40,138 nt of DNA, taken from IMG/VR virus record IMGVR_UViG_3300017780_001365, positions 1 to 40,138 of that record; one strand, given 5' to 3'. Below, piece by piece: positions 10,393 through 18,079 of this stretch (within the stretch, counting starts at the first letter, position 1; the number at the start of each line of letters is the position of its first letter). Position numbers and translations under genes: made by a program. The notes beneath the pieces are model-generated. The model saw only the letters and a program-made list of their open reading frames with translations. It searched no databases and had not been told where the DNA came from. This stretch comes from a virus. Its lineage: Duplodnaviria > Caudoviricetes.

Positions 10393-10538
10393 AGAAGAAG
10401 ACAATGATCAAACGCGCAGATGGTTCCATGTCTCCCCGTGGGATGTGGGACAACATCCGCGCCGCTAAAGGTTCTGGCAAGAAGCCAACCAAGGAAATGC
10501 TAAAGCAGGAGCGTAAGATAAAGCGGAAGGCGAAGTAA
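10389..10538 (+). CDS. Small basic protein, 49 aa (MKKKTMIKRADGSMSPRGMWDNIRAAKGSGKKPTKEMLKQERKIKRKAK)
   Basis: Not in the ORF track (below its cut-off); ATGA overlap upstream and TAATG overlap downstream. Confidence 0.7.
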   Translation: MKKKTMIKRADGSMSPRGMWDNIRAAKGSGKKPTKEMLKQERKIKRKAK

Positions 10539-10792
10539 TGGAAAAGCGTTTCACCAAGGTCGTCAAAAACCCGAAGACTGGTCGCACACGCACCGTCAAG
10601 TACGGACAAGCAGGTAAGGCTGCGGATGGCAAGGATCGCATTCGACCCGGAACGAAGAAGGGCTCAAGTTATTGTGCTAGAAGTTATGGCATTAAAAAAC
10701 GCTTGCCAGAGTCGCAACAAAACGATCCAAATACACCCAACAACTTGAGCAGGAAAAAATGGAAATGTGTGGGGAAAACCAGCAGGAAGTGA
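10538..10792 (+). CDS. Small basic phage protein (SYCARS...DPN...RKKWKC type, DUF6321-like)
   Basis: Motif YCARSxG...NDPNTPNNLSRKKWKC resembles small basic proteins of aquatic phages; translational coupling. Confidence 0.65.
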   Translation: MEKRFTKVVKNPKTGRTRTVKYGQAGKAADGKDRIRPGTKKGSSYCARSYGIKKRLPESQQNDPNTPNNLSRKKWKCVGKTSRK

Positions 10793-11430
10793 AAAATTCT
10801 GGAATCTACAGAATAACCTGTGTTGCTAATAACCATTTTTATTATGGAAGTAGCATCAATCTTAAAAATAGGTTTCGAGACCATATTAGCAAACTTAGAA
10901 GTCAATCACATAGAAATCAAAGACTCCAAAGAATATTTAATAAATATGGTGAAGCTTCTTTGACTTTTGAAGTTGTTCAATATTGTGACCCATCATTTGT
11001 ACTCATATCCGAACAAGAATATCTTGACGAACATCACAAGAATTCAAATTGTATAAATTTCTGTAGAGATGCCAAGTCACCAATGGCTGGATTAAAATTC
11101 TCTGAGGATCACAAAAGAAAAATAGCAGAAGCTCAAGCTAGAAACAAATACACTTTTTATTATAAATGTGGAAAAATAGAATCATTTAATAGCCTTAGTT
11201 TAGCTGGAAAAAGATTCAAAGTTAAACCTGCTATTGTTTCAAAATGGTTCAAAAGAAGAGATCTTGGGCGAAATCACGGAATACTTCAAACATCCGACAT
11301 AATAAAAGCTGAAAAATCTGGAGATGAAGAAATTGTTTTACTTCCATACCAATATAAGACAGAACCATGGATTCTCGCTGGAGCCACAAGCAAAACCGAA
11401 TACTACAGAGAATTAAGAAAAAATAAATAA
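10789..11430 (+). CDS. GIY-YIG homing endonuclease with NUMOD3-like motif
   Basis: SGIYRITCVANNHFYYGSSINLKNRF...EQEYLD...N; SEDHKRKIAEA; strongly AT-rich; probable GTG start overlapping the upstream TGA. Confidence 0.88.
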   Translation: MKNSGIYRITCVANNHFYYGSSINLKNRFRDHISKLRSQSHRNQRLQRIFNKYGEASLTFEVVQYCDPSFVLISEQEYLDEHHKNSNCINFCRDAKSPMAGLKFSEDHKRKIAEAQARNKYTFYYKCGKIESFNSLSLAGKRFKVKPAIVSKWFKRRDLGRNHGILQTSDIIKAEKSGDEEIVLLPYQYKTEPWILAGATSKTEYYRELRKNK

Positions 11431-11434
11431 TCTT

Positions 11435-11620
11435 ATGAAGAAACCAACAACTAAAGCAGGCAAGCAAGCTAAAGTGTCGAAGGTCATGCGGGAATACAAA
11501 GCAGGCACTCTCCACGCTGGTCGTGATCCCAAAGGCCCGAAGAAAGCCCCAGTGGTTAAAAGCCGCAAACAGGCGATTGCAATTGCGCTTTCACAAAGCG
11601 GTCAATCCAAACGCAAATAA
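11435..11620 (+). CDS. Small basic protein (DUF6496-like)
   Basis: KVSKVMREYKAGTLH...VKSRKQAIAIALS signature. Confidence 0.75.
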   Translation: MKKPTTKAGKQAKVSKVMREYKAGTLHAGRDPKGPKKAPVVKSRKQAIAIALSQSGQSKRK

Positions 11621-11624
11621 CTCT

Positions 11625-11762
11625 ATGAAAAAAGGTAAATCATGTGGCTGTGGCCACGAAGGTAAAGAATACGGCAACGGCAAGAAGAACGGCAAGAAAG
11701 GCTATGTTGAGATCGAAATCAAGATGGAGCGTATGCCGAAGAAAAAGGCCAAGAAGAAGTAA
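11625..11762 (+). CDS. Small Lys-rich protein, 45 aa
   Basis: ATG at 11625 (MKKGKSCGCGHEGK...KKKAKKK); fits the gene packing. Confidence 0.6.
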   Translation: MKKGKSCGCGHEGKEYGNGKKNGKKGYVEIEIKMERMPKKKAKKK

Positions 11763-11776
11763 CTAACCAGCAACCA

Positions 11777-11986
11777 ATGACACCACTACCACAACCAACC
11801 GTACAAGAAGCCGTAGCAGCACTATCCGACCGTGACGAGTTCAAGGTCATCGTCCAGTTTGTCCGTGACGAGCGTGAGCGTTTCTTTGGCGACCTGCGCC
11901 AGTGCATCGACGCTAACGAGGTGATGAAGGTCACAGGCAGCATTGCAACGCTAGATGAGCTTCTGGGGATGTTGTCAATGAAGTGA
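11777..11986 (+). CDS. Small helical hypothetical protein of the head module
   Basis: CAACCAATG start context; last gene before the scaffold. Confidence 0.7.
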   Translation: MTPLPQPTVQEAVAALSDRDEFKVIVQFVRDERERFFGDLRQCIDANEVMKVTGSIATLDELLGMLSMK

Positions 11987-11988
11987 TC

Positions 11989-12017
11989 TTGACAAATCGC
12001 TAGTCACATGCTTTACT
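11989..12017 (+). promoter_or_regulatory. Sigma70-type promoter
   Basis: TTGACA-N17-TTTACT with an extended -10 TG at 12009-12010. Confidence 0.65.
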
Positions 12018-12023
12018 AACCAC

Positions 12024-12096
12024 GCCCGTTTTGGGCTTCATTGGTTGTTTTGGGGTCGCAGGTTTTTATTCGTTTTACCTGCGGCCCCTCTACTTT
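12024..12096 (+). ncRNA. Putative ~70-nt sRNA (5' mini-hairpin, single-stranded UUCAUUGGUUGUUUU, terminator-like hairpin)
   Basis: GCCC/GGGC hairpin 12024-12036; 12-bp stem 12052-12063/12077-12088; directly after the promoter; no ORF follows. Confidence 0.5.
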
Positions 12097-12509
12097 ATAT
12101 GGAGTTTAGCGAGTTTACAAAAATTCCATAATATGCCTAATTATACTCAAATCGAGGTATATTGGGGTAAAAGATGAATAATTGGACAGATTCTGTCCTT
12201 ATTTGCTTACGACATAACTCCCGGCATTTGGAGGAAGGCTCGTAGGCATAGTTCGCCTTAAGCGGCGAGACCATGCTTCATACTCCCGTATATTCTTCGG
12301 AAAGGACGACTTACACACCAGCAATGCTGGAACCAATGATAGCAGAGGGTTGAGGCTATAGGACTGCATCAAGCTCATTGGTCGTCACACTCTATTTAGC
12401 TACGCCGCGACTTACTTCAAGCGTAGTACCCTGTGAGACTTTTACCTAGGTTTCGTTCGGTCGTTTGAGCGTTCCTCGATTCCTTGAATATGTCACCAGT
12501 ACAATGGGT

Positions 12510-12613
12510 AAAAACAAAGGGCTGGTCGAGGAGTTGGAGACCCGACCAGCCCTAGATCCAGAACATCTCTGCGCTGGAGGGGTGAATGGTGACGATGTTT
12601 CCAACTCCGTCAA
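12510..12613 (-). ncRNA. Putative ~100-nt kissing-loop RNA / attenuator ending in an intrinsic terminator
   Basis: Three hairpins; 11-bp stem 12518-12528/12543-12553 followed on the minus strand by UUUGUUUUU; loops of the first and last hairpins are complementary. Confidence 0.5.
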
Positions 12614-12617
12614 CGCA

Positions 12618-12646
12618 AATAATGCACACATTTCACGTCTGGTCAA
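12618..12646 (-). promoter_or_regulatory. Sigma70-type promoter (minus strand)
   Basis: Minus-strand TTGACC-N17-ATTATT preceded by TGn. Confidence 0.5.
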
Positions 12647-12698
12647 TACCAAGAGTCATCTATCAATCCACACTCATCCACAACTACCTCTCCACTCG

Positions 12699-12727
12699 TT
12701 GACATATATAGATTCCCCCAACATTCA
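12699..12727 (+). promoter_or_regulatory. Candidate promoter for the scaffold-capsid operon
   Basis: Perfect TTGACA at 12699-12704; weak -10. Confidence 0.4.
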
Positions 12728-12762
12728 TAGGTCATCGCCGCCGCCGGGCGTTAACTGGTGTA

Positions 12763-13806
12763 ATGATTATGAATCAGCAATCCGAGGCTATCGAGGGAGC
12801 CGAAAATACCTCGTCTAACATATCCTTTGATGATTATATCAATCGAAGGGTCAACACTGCCGAACCAGAAGCCGAGGCTACTGAGTCTGCGGAAGATACT
12901 TGGGAAGAGGAAGATGCTCTGGAACCAGAGGAAGTTTCCGAAGAACAAGAGGAAATCGTAGAGGACGAGTCCGAGGACGAAGGCGAGGAAGAACAGGAAA
13001 TCGACTTGTTGTCGTTAAACCCTGCCCAAATTCAAGAACTAGCCAAGAAGAGCCGCAGCCGTCTGCTCCACCGTGTGGGTGAGTTGACCGCTCAGAAGAA
13101 AGCTCTGGAGGAAAAGCTGAATTCGCAGGCTGAAGCGAAACCACTGCCAACCATCCCTCAAGAAAGCAACCCATTCCGCGACATTGATACCGTGGAGGGT
13201 CTGAAAGCTAAATACGAGGAACTGGAGAAGGTCGCGGAGGAGACCGACACGATCCTTGAAGAACACGAAGACTACGGTGCAGAAGACATCATCGTCGTGG
13301 GAGACAAGGAGTTTACCAAGAAAGAGATCCGTCGAGCAAACCGCAATGCGCGTGAGGCAATGGCTAAATACCTGCCCGCACAAAGCGCGGAACTGGCAAA
13401 GCGTGAACAGCGCAAGGTGATGGAGCAGCAATATACCGCTCTCATCCCCCAAGAAGTGCCAGAGCTTGCAGACGAGGAATCCGAGTTAAGTAAACAATAC
13501 AAGGCGTTGCTGTCAGACCCATTGGTTGAACAGGTTAACAAGCTAGTGCCAGATTTGGGACCGCAACTTCCCTACATTCTAGCACACGCTATTCGGTCAA
13601 TTCATCGCAGTCAGAAGTCCAAAGCAGTCGTGAAGGCAGCGGGATCAGCTTCCAAGGCTAAAGTGCCGGGAACCCCGTTTGGTGCTGGAGCGGCAAAGTC
13701 TGGAGTGAAGACCGCGAAGAAGAGTGCCGATCAAGCCTATCAAAGGTTTCAATCCTCGACATCCGTTGAGGACTGGGTTGCCGCCAGAGTTGCTCGCCTA
13801 CAATAA
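12763..13806 (+). CDS. Capsid scaffolding protein
   Basis: Very acidic N-terminus, coiled coil, basic C-terminus; directly before the capsid gene. Start may be 12769. Confidence 0.78.
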   Translation: MIMNQQSEAIEGAENTSSNISFDDYINRRVNTAEPEAEATESAEDTWEEEDALEPEEVSEEQEEIVEDESEDEGEEEQEIDLLSLNPAQIQELAKKSRSRLLHRVGELTAQKKALEEKLNSQAEAKPLPTIPQESNPFRDIDTVEGLKAKYEELEKVAEETDTILEEHEDYGAEDIIVVGDKEFTKKEIRRANRNAREAMAKYLPAQSAELAKREQRKVMEQQYTALIPQEVPELADEESELSKQYKALLSDPLVEQVNKLVPDLGPQLPYILAHAIRSIHRSQKSKAVVKAAGSASKAKVPGTPFGAGAAKSGVKTAKKSADQAYQRFQSSTSVEDWVAARVARLQ

Positions 13807-13825
13807 CTTCTAACTATCTAAAATT

Positions 13826-14821
13826 ATGCCCATTAGTGCTACATATCAACCGAGCGCACCTGCCGCCAAGAGCGGTCAAGGTTCCGCTATCTCCAACCGT
13901 GAGGATCTCAGCAACGAACTTGCTATCCTTGCTCCAGAAGAAACCCCGATCCTTTCGCTCGCGTCAAAGGGTAAGGCATCCTCGACCTACACCGAGTGGA
14001 CCGTCGATAGCCTTGCTTCCCCCGTGACGAGTGGTGTTTCTGAAGGTTCTGATGTGACCTCGTTCAGCGACAAGTTTGCTGATCGCGCTCGCCTTGGTAA
14101 CTACATCCAACTCATGCGCCGCGACTACCTCGTGTCGAACTTGCAACAAGCCGTGACGAGCGTTGGTCCTGCCAACATCGCCCAAGCTGAAGCCAAGTCA
14201 ATGCGTGAACTTAAGCGTGACATCGAAGCTACCCTCGCTTCCGACAACGAAATGACTGTTGAAAACGGTGCTGGTACTCCCTACGGTATGCGCGGCCTTG
14301 GCAAGTGGATTCAGTCTACCGCTCAAGCCACGAACCCGGTTCCTGCTGCTTATCGTACGCCTTCTGGCTCGATCCTTAGCGCAGCTCCTACGGAAACCAC
14401 CTTCAACGATGTTATCGGTTCGATCTTCTCCCGTAATGGCGAGATGAACAGCCTCACGCTCGTTGCTAATGTTGCCCTCCGCAAAGTCGTTTCGGGCTTC
14501 ACCCGTGCTACCGCTTCGGCCAGCAGCCAAACCTACCACGTCAATCAAGATGCGACCAGCAAGGCTATCACCTTCGCTGTTAACCTCTATGACTCTGACT
14601 TCGGTATCGTTAAGATCGTTAACGGCAACCCAAGCTGCATGACCGCTTCGAACGGCCTTGGCTATGTCATCAACCCGAAATACCTCGGCTTCAACACCCT
14701 CATCCCGATGGGTGCTACCCGCCTTGAGAACCAAGGTGGTGGCGAGCGTGGTTACATCGACGTTGCTGGTACGCTTGTTGTCAAACATCCGCAAGCTCAC
14801 GGCAAGATCGCTTATTCCTAA
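13826..14821 (+). CDS. Major capsid protein (SU10-MCP/DUF5309-like)
   Basis: NREDLSN...PEETP...EWTVDSL...NYIQL...ELKRDIE...YDSDFG pattern; strong C/T-ending codon bias. Confidence 0.88.
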   Translation: MPISATYQPSAPAAKSGQGSAISNREDLSNELAILAPEETPILSLASKGKASSTYTEWTVDSLASPVTSGVSEGSDVTSFSDKFADRARLGNYIQLMRRDYLVSNLQQAVTSVGPANIAQAEAKSMRELKRDIEATLASDNEMTVENGAGTPYGMRGLGKWIQSTAQATNPVPAAYRTPSGSILSAAPTETTFNDVIGSIFSRNGEMNSLTLVANVALRKVVSGFTRATASASSQTYHVNQDATSKAITFAVNLYDSDFGIVKIVNGNPSCMTASNGLGYVINPKYLGFNTLIPMGATRLENQGGGERGYIDVAGTLVVKHPQAHGKIAYS

Positions 14822-14857
14822 TCTTAACTCAAACACTAACTAGAAAGACATAAGAAT

Positions 14858-15295
14858 ATGCCTCAACTTGCTAACCAAGAATCGCGTGGTTTCACCCACT
14901 CGTTCCGTATCACTGGTGCTGAACTCGCTTCGTCGGGTTATCTCACCTCATCGCAAAAGACCATTGCCCAACTGCCTGTTGGTGGTATCGTGACGAACGC
15001 TGCCGTGTTCCAACAAACCGCTTCCGCTGGTGCGTCTGACTTGACGCTTTCGGTTGGAACTGTTTCCGGCACTGCAACGAACCTCATCGCTGAGTTCGAT
15101 CTCGACGCCAACACCGACAAGGTCAAGTTCAACACGGGTTCCGCTGTTGACACTGAGCCGGGTCTTGTGAACGCTACCACATCTGCCCTTCCGATCTTTG
15201 CTAAGTTCGGTGGAACCGTTGGTAACGTGACCGCTGGTGAATGGCTCGTCTGCTTGACGATCCTCGATCCCGGTGCGCTTGCCGCTAGTGCCTAA
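14858..15295 (+). CDS. Probable capsid decoration / minor capsid protein
   Basis: Beta-rich 145 aa with the same codon bias as the MCP; lies before the terminator. Confidence 0.6.
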   Translation: MPQLANQESRGFTHSFRITGAELASSGYLTSSQKTIAQLPVGGIVTNAAVFQQTASAGASDLTLSVGTVSGTATNLIAEFDLDANTDKVKFNTGSAVDTEPGLVNATTSALPIFAKFGGTVGNVTAGEWLVCLTILDPGALAASA

Positions 15296-15304
15296 ACCCT
15301 AATT

Positions 15305-15344
15305 GGGGTGGGAGGATATAAAGACCCCTCCCGCCCCTTTTCTT
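15305..15344 (+). terminator. Intrinsic terminator
   Basis: GGGGTGGGAGG...CCTCCCGCCCC stem followed by TTTTCTT. Confidence 0.85.
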
Positions 15345-15351
15345 CCTACCA

Positions 15352-15630
15352 ATGATCTGCGAAGAAGCACTTACTGACGCACTCGTTAAAGAGCTTTGCT
15401 CTGGTCGAATGCTGAAGGAGTCACTACAAAACAAACGAGAAATTGAAGCGGCAGCTGAGGCTCGCGCCATGAAGGATGCCAAATCACCGTTAGGAAAAGC
15501 CATTGGAGCGATTCCTCAACACGAATATTTTCTATTAGCTAACAAGTACGGGACAGAATGCTGGGACGACCGTGAGTTTGTCCGTGACTTTTTCAAATCA
15601 CAATCACATCTAAAAGCAGGAGACATCTAA
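15352..15630 (+). CDS. Hypothetical protein
   Basis: ACCAATG start; tightly packed. Confidence 0.7.
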   Translation: MICEEALTDALVKELCSGRMLKESLQNKREIEAAAEARAMKDAKSPLGKAIGAIPQHEYFLLANKYGTECWDDREFVRDFFKSQSHLKAGDI

Positions 15631-15631
15631 T

Positions 15632-16270
15632 ATGACTACAAAGACCTACACGGAGTTGTTGGACCAAATCAAATCGCTTTGCGGTGTTGAGTTTGCCACA
15701 ATTGAACTTCCACGAATCAATGCCTTGGTTAACCGCCGAGCAAAACGCGCATACCGCGCATCAAACAATTGGCCGAGGTTTATTACGGTTGGTCAAGCTC
15801 GTGCCGTCTCAAGCAAGAATGTTCCCTACACTGAAGGCATTCTTGATACCATTGGAACTTTCTTGAAGATTCAAGCGGTTGCCCCATACACAACTCCTAG
15901 CCCACAAGATTACAATTTCTATGTTGATTCTGGTGGTGCTAAACTAATTACCAGTGCGAACCCAGCATCGGTATTTGTGACTTACAAAAAGGTTTTGAGC
16001 GACACTTATGGTGAAACTACTGGGATGCAACCCGCTGTTCCCTCAGAATGGTTTGATTACATTGCTCACGGAGTTTACGCTGATTACCTTCGTGCTGAAG
16101 GTCAACAAGAAAAATCTCAACTTGCTGATTCTGAAGCGTCCATGATTCTTAACGACGAACTTGTGCAAATTGAACAACAAGGTGCAGGTATGACCTTTGG
16201 AACAAGGTATCTAATGAACACTAACGGCAATGCTGTTGCTAATGTTGTTCCTCGCACCTCACAAGGATAA
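15632..16270 (+). CDS. Putative head-tail adaptor / tail tubular A-like protein, paralog 1
   Basis: Position after the capsid genes; ~210 aa; clear similarity to the next gene. Confidence 0.55.
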   Translation: MTTKTYTELLDQIKSLCGVEFATIELPRINALVNRRAKRAYRASNNWPRFITVGQARAVSSKNVPYTEGILDTIGTFLKIQAVAPYTTPSPQDYNFYVDSGGAKLITSANPASVFVTYKKVLSDTYGETTGMQPAVPSEWFDYIAHGVYADYLRAEGQQEKSQLADSEASMILNDELVQIEQQGAGMTFGTRYLMNTNGNAVANVVPRTSQG

Positions 16271-16998
16271 TGCAAACTCGCCTTTATTCTGATTTGTTTG
16301 GGTTGATCCAAGCTATGCTTGGGATTAACTTCTCCGTAGTGGAGGCAATTAGGGTAAAGGCACTTATTAATCGCCGCGCACAGAGGGCATATCGGGCTAG
16401 CAACTACTGGACGAGGTTCCTTAAGGTAGCCGAGCAACGTGATGTTGTGGATGGACTTGTTCCGTATGAGCAGTTCCAGATGCCTACGATTGACACATTC
16501 CTGCGTATTTACTTGCAACATCCGTACAGGGCAGGTGGTGGACAGGAGTTTGAGTTTACCGTAACATCTCTTGGAGCAACGCTAATTGCTGATAGTTCAT
16601 CGTCTGGTATTGCGTTTGTGACATACAAGGCGGCGATGCCAACCTACTATGGTGACAATGATGGCGAGGACTCCGCAGTACCATACGAGTGGTTCCAGTA
16701 TATTGCACATGGTGTCTACGCAGACTACTTGCGTGCAGAAGGGCAACAGGACAGAGCTGCAATTGCGGAAGTCGAAGCTAACGAGATATTAACAGATGAG
16801 TTAATGCGTCTTGACGAACAGCACACGCAGACTGTAATATCACCACGTATTTTTACCACCTCCAACATGACCAATCGTTATGGATATGGTGCTATTGTTG
16901 GGGGAACTATTGCGGGATCAACAAACCCACCAATCCTAGACGAAGAAGGCGACACAATCGTAACAGAAAACTCACAAACTCTCACAACAGAAGGATAA
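16270..16998 (+). CDS. Putative head-tail adaptor / tail tubular A-like protein, paralog 2
   Basis: Shares NRRAxRAYRASNxWxRF and EWFxYIAHGVYADYLRAEGQQ with the previous gene; has an extra C-terminal tail. Confidence 0.55.
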   Translation: MQTRLYSDLFGLIQAMLGINFSVVEAIRVKALINRRAQRAYRASNYWTRFLKVAEQRDVVDGLVPYEQFQMPTIDTFLRIYLQHPYRAGGGQEFEFTVTSLGATLIADSSSSGIAFVTYKAAMPTYYGDNDGEDSAVPYEWFQYIAHGVYADYLRAEGQQDRAAIAEVEANEILTDELMRLDEQHTQTVISPRIFTTSNMTNRYGYGAIVGGTIAGSTNPPILDEEGDTIVTENSQTLTTEG

Positions 16999-16999
16999 T

Positions 17000-18067
17000 A
17001 TGTCTACCAAGATTTCACAACTTACAAGCGCAGTCGATGTCACCGCAAACGATCTAATTCAAATTGTGGATGTTGAGGATGGGGTAATGGCTCCTAGCGG
17101 CACAAACAAAAAAGCTACGGCTAGTTTACTTGCCAATCAACTCGTTCCTCTAATTAACACTGGTGCAATCGCTGGGAGTAAAATTGCTGACAGCGGAATA
17201 ACCAGCGCAAAAATTGCAGATGGAACAATTGTAAATGCTGACATCAATGCTTCCGCTGCAATTGCAGGCACGAAAATCTCTCCAGATTTCGGGTCGCAAA
17301 ATATTGTTACAACTGGGTCGCTTTCAGCGGGTGTTGGCAGTGTCATTTCTGGATCTAGTTCTGGAGATGCACTTCGCATCACCCAGACCGGAACTGGTAA
17401 TGCTATCGTTGTTGAGGACTCAACAAACCCAGATGCAAGTCCATTTGTCGTAAATCAACATGGCTCGCTTCAAATTGGTTTCAATCAGATTCTTGATATT
17501 ACTGGTTACAATGGATTTGAGGGGCTTCAGCTTTCTAATTCTGGTACTTCCACATCTTCTGCGGCAATCACCATGTCAAGGTGGTCAGCTGATAACGGTG
17601 GGCCAGTAATGACTATTGGAAAAAGCCGTGGTGTTGGTGTTGGTAATAGAGAAGTAATTCAAAATGGAGATATTCTAGGCGCAATTAACTTTGCGGGAGA
17701 CGATGGTGGCACTGGCGACTTCTTAGTTGGTGCCAGGATTCTTGCAGCAGCAGATGGCACAATTGGACTTAATGATCTCCCGTCTCGCTTGCAGTTTTTG
17801 ACAACGCCCGATGGTGCTTCATCCCCAGTCGAGGCGATGCGAATTAACAGTGCTGGAAATGTAGGTATTGGAGCAGCATCCATTGAGTCAAACTGTTTGC
17901 TAAAACTTGAAAGCACAACCAAGGGATTCCGACCTCCATCAATGACTACCACTGAGCGCAATGCTATCTCAACGCCAATTGCTGGGTTGATGATCTATAA
18001 CAACACGACGAATAAGCTCAACTTCTATAATGGTTCTGCTTGGGAAGCTGTGACAAGCTCAGTCTAA
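17000..18067 (+). CDS. Tail fibre / fibre-like virion protein
   Basis: N-terminal KISQL; ITSAKIADG-type repeats; EAMRINSAGNVGIG; C-terminal PPSMTTTERNAI...GLMIYN...W. Confidence 0.8.
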   Translation: MSTKISQLTSAVDVTANDLIQIVDVEDGVMAPSGTNKKATASLLANQLVPLINTGAIAGSKIADSGITSAKIADGTIVNADINASAAIAGTKISPDFGSQNIVTTGSLSAGVGSVISGSSSGDALRITQTGTGNAIVVEDSTNPDASPFVVNQHGSLQIGFNQILDITGYNGFEGLQLSNSGTSTSSAAITMSRWSADNGGPVMTIGKSRGVGVGNREVIQNGDILGAINFAGDDGGTGDFLVGARILAAADGTIGLNDLPSRLQFLTTPDGASSPVEAMRINSAGNVGIGAASIESNCLLKLESTTKGFRPPSMTTTERNAISTPIAGLMIYNNTTNKLNFYNGSAWEAVTSSV

Positions 18068-18079
18068 TATCAGATACTG

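Noticed and set aside
10759-11430. Group I intron around the GIY-YIG gene (or the HNH genes)
   Set aside because: Flanking genes are intact and directly adjacent, leaving no room for an intron core.
12446-12818. ORFs 12465-12818 (+), 12446-12652 (-) and a 38-codon GGAGG-led ORF at 12586
   Set aside because: No recognisable motifs and they run across promoters and hairpins; the region is better explained as non-coding, though the short ORF is not strictly excluded.
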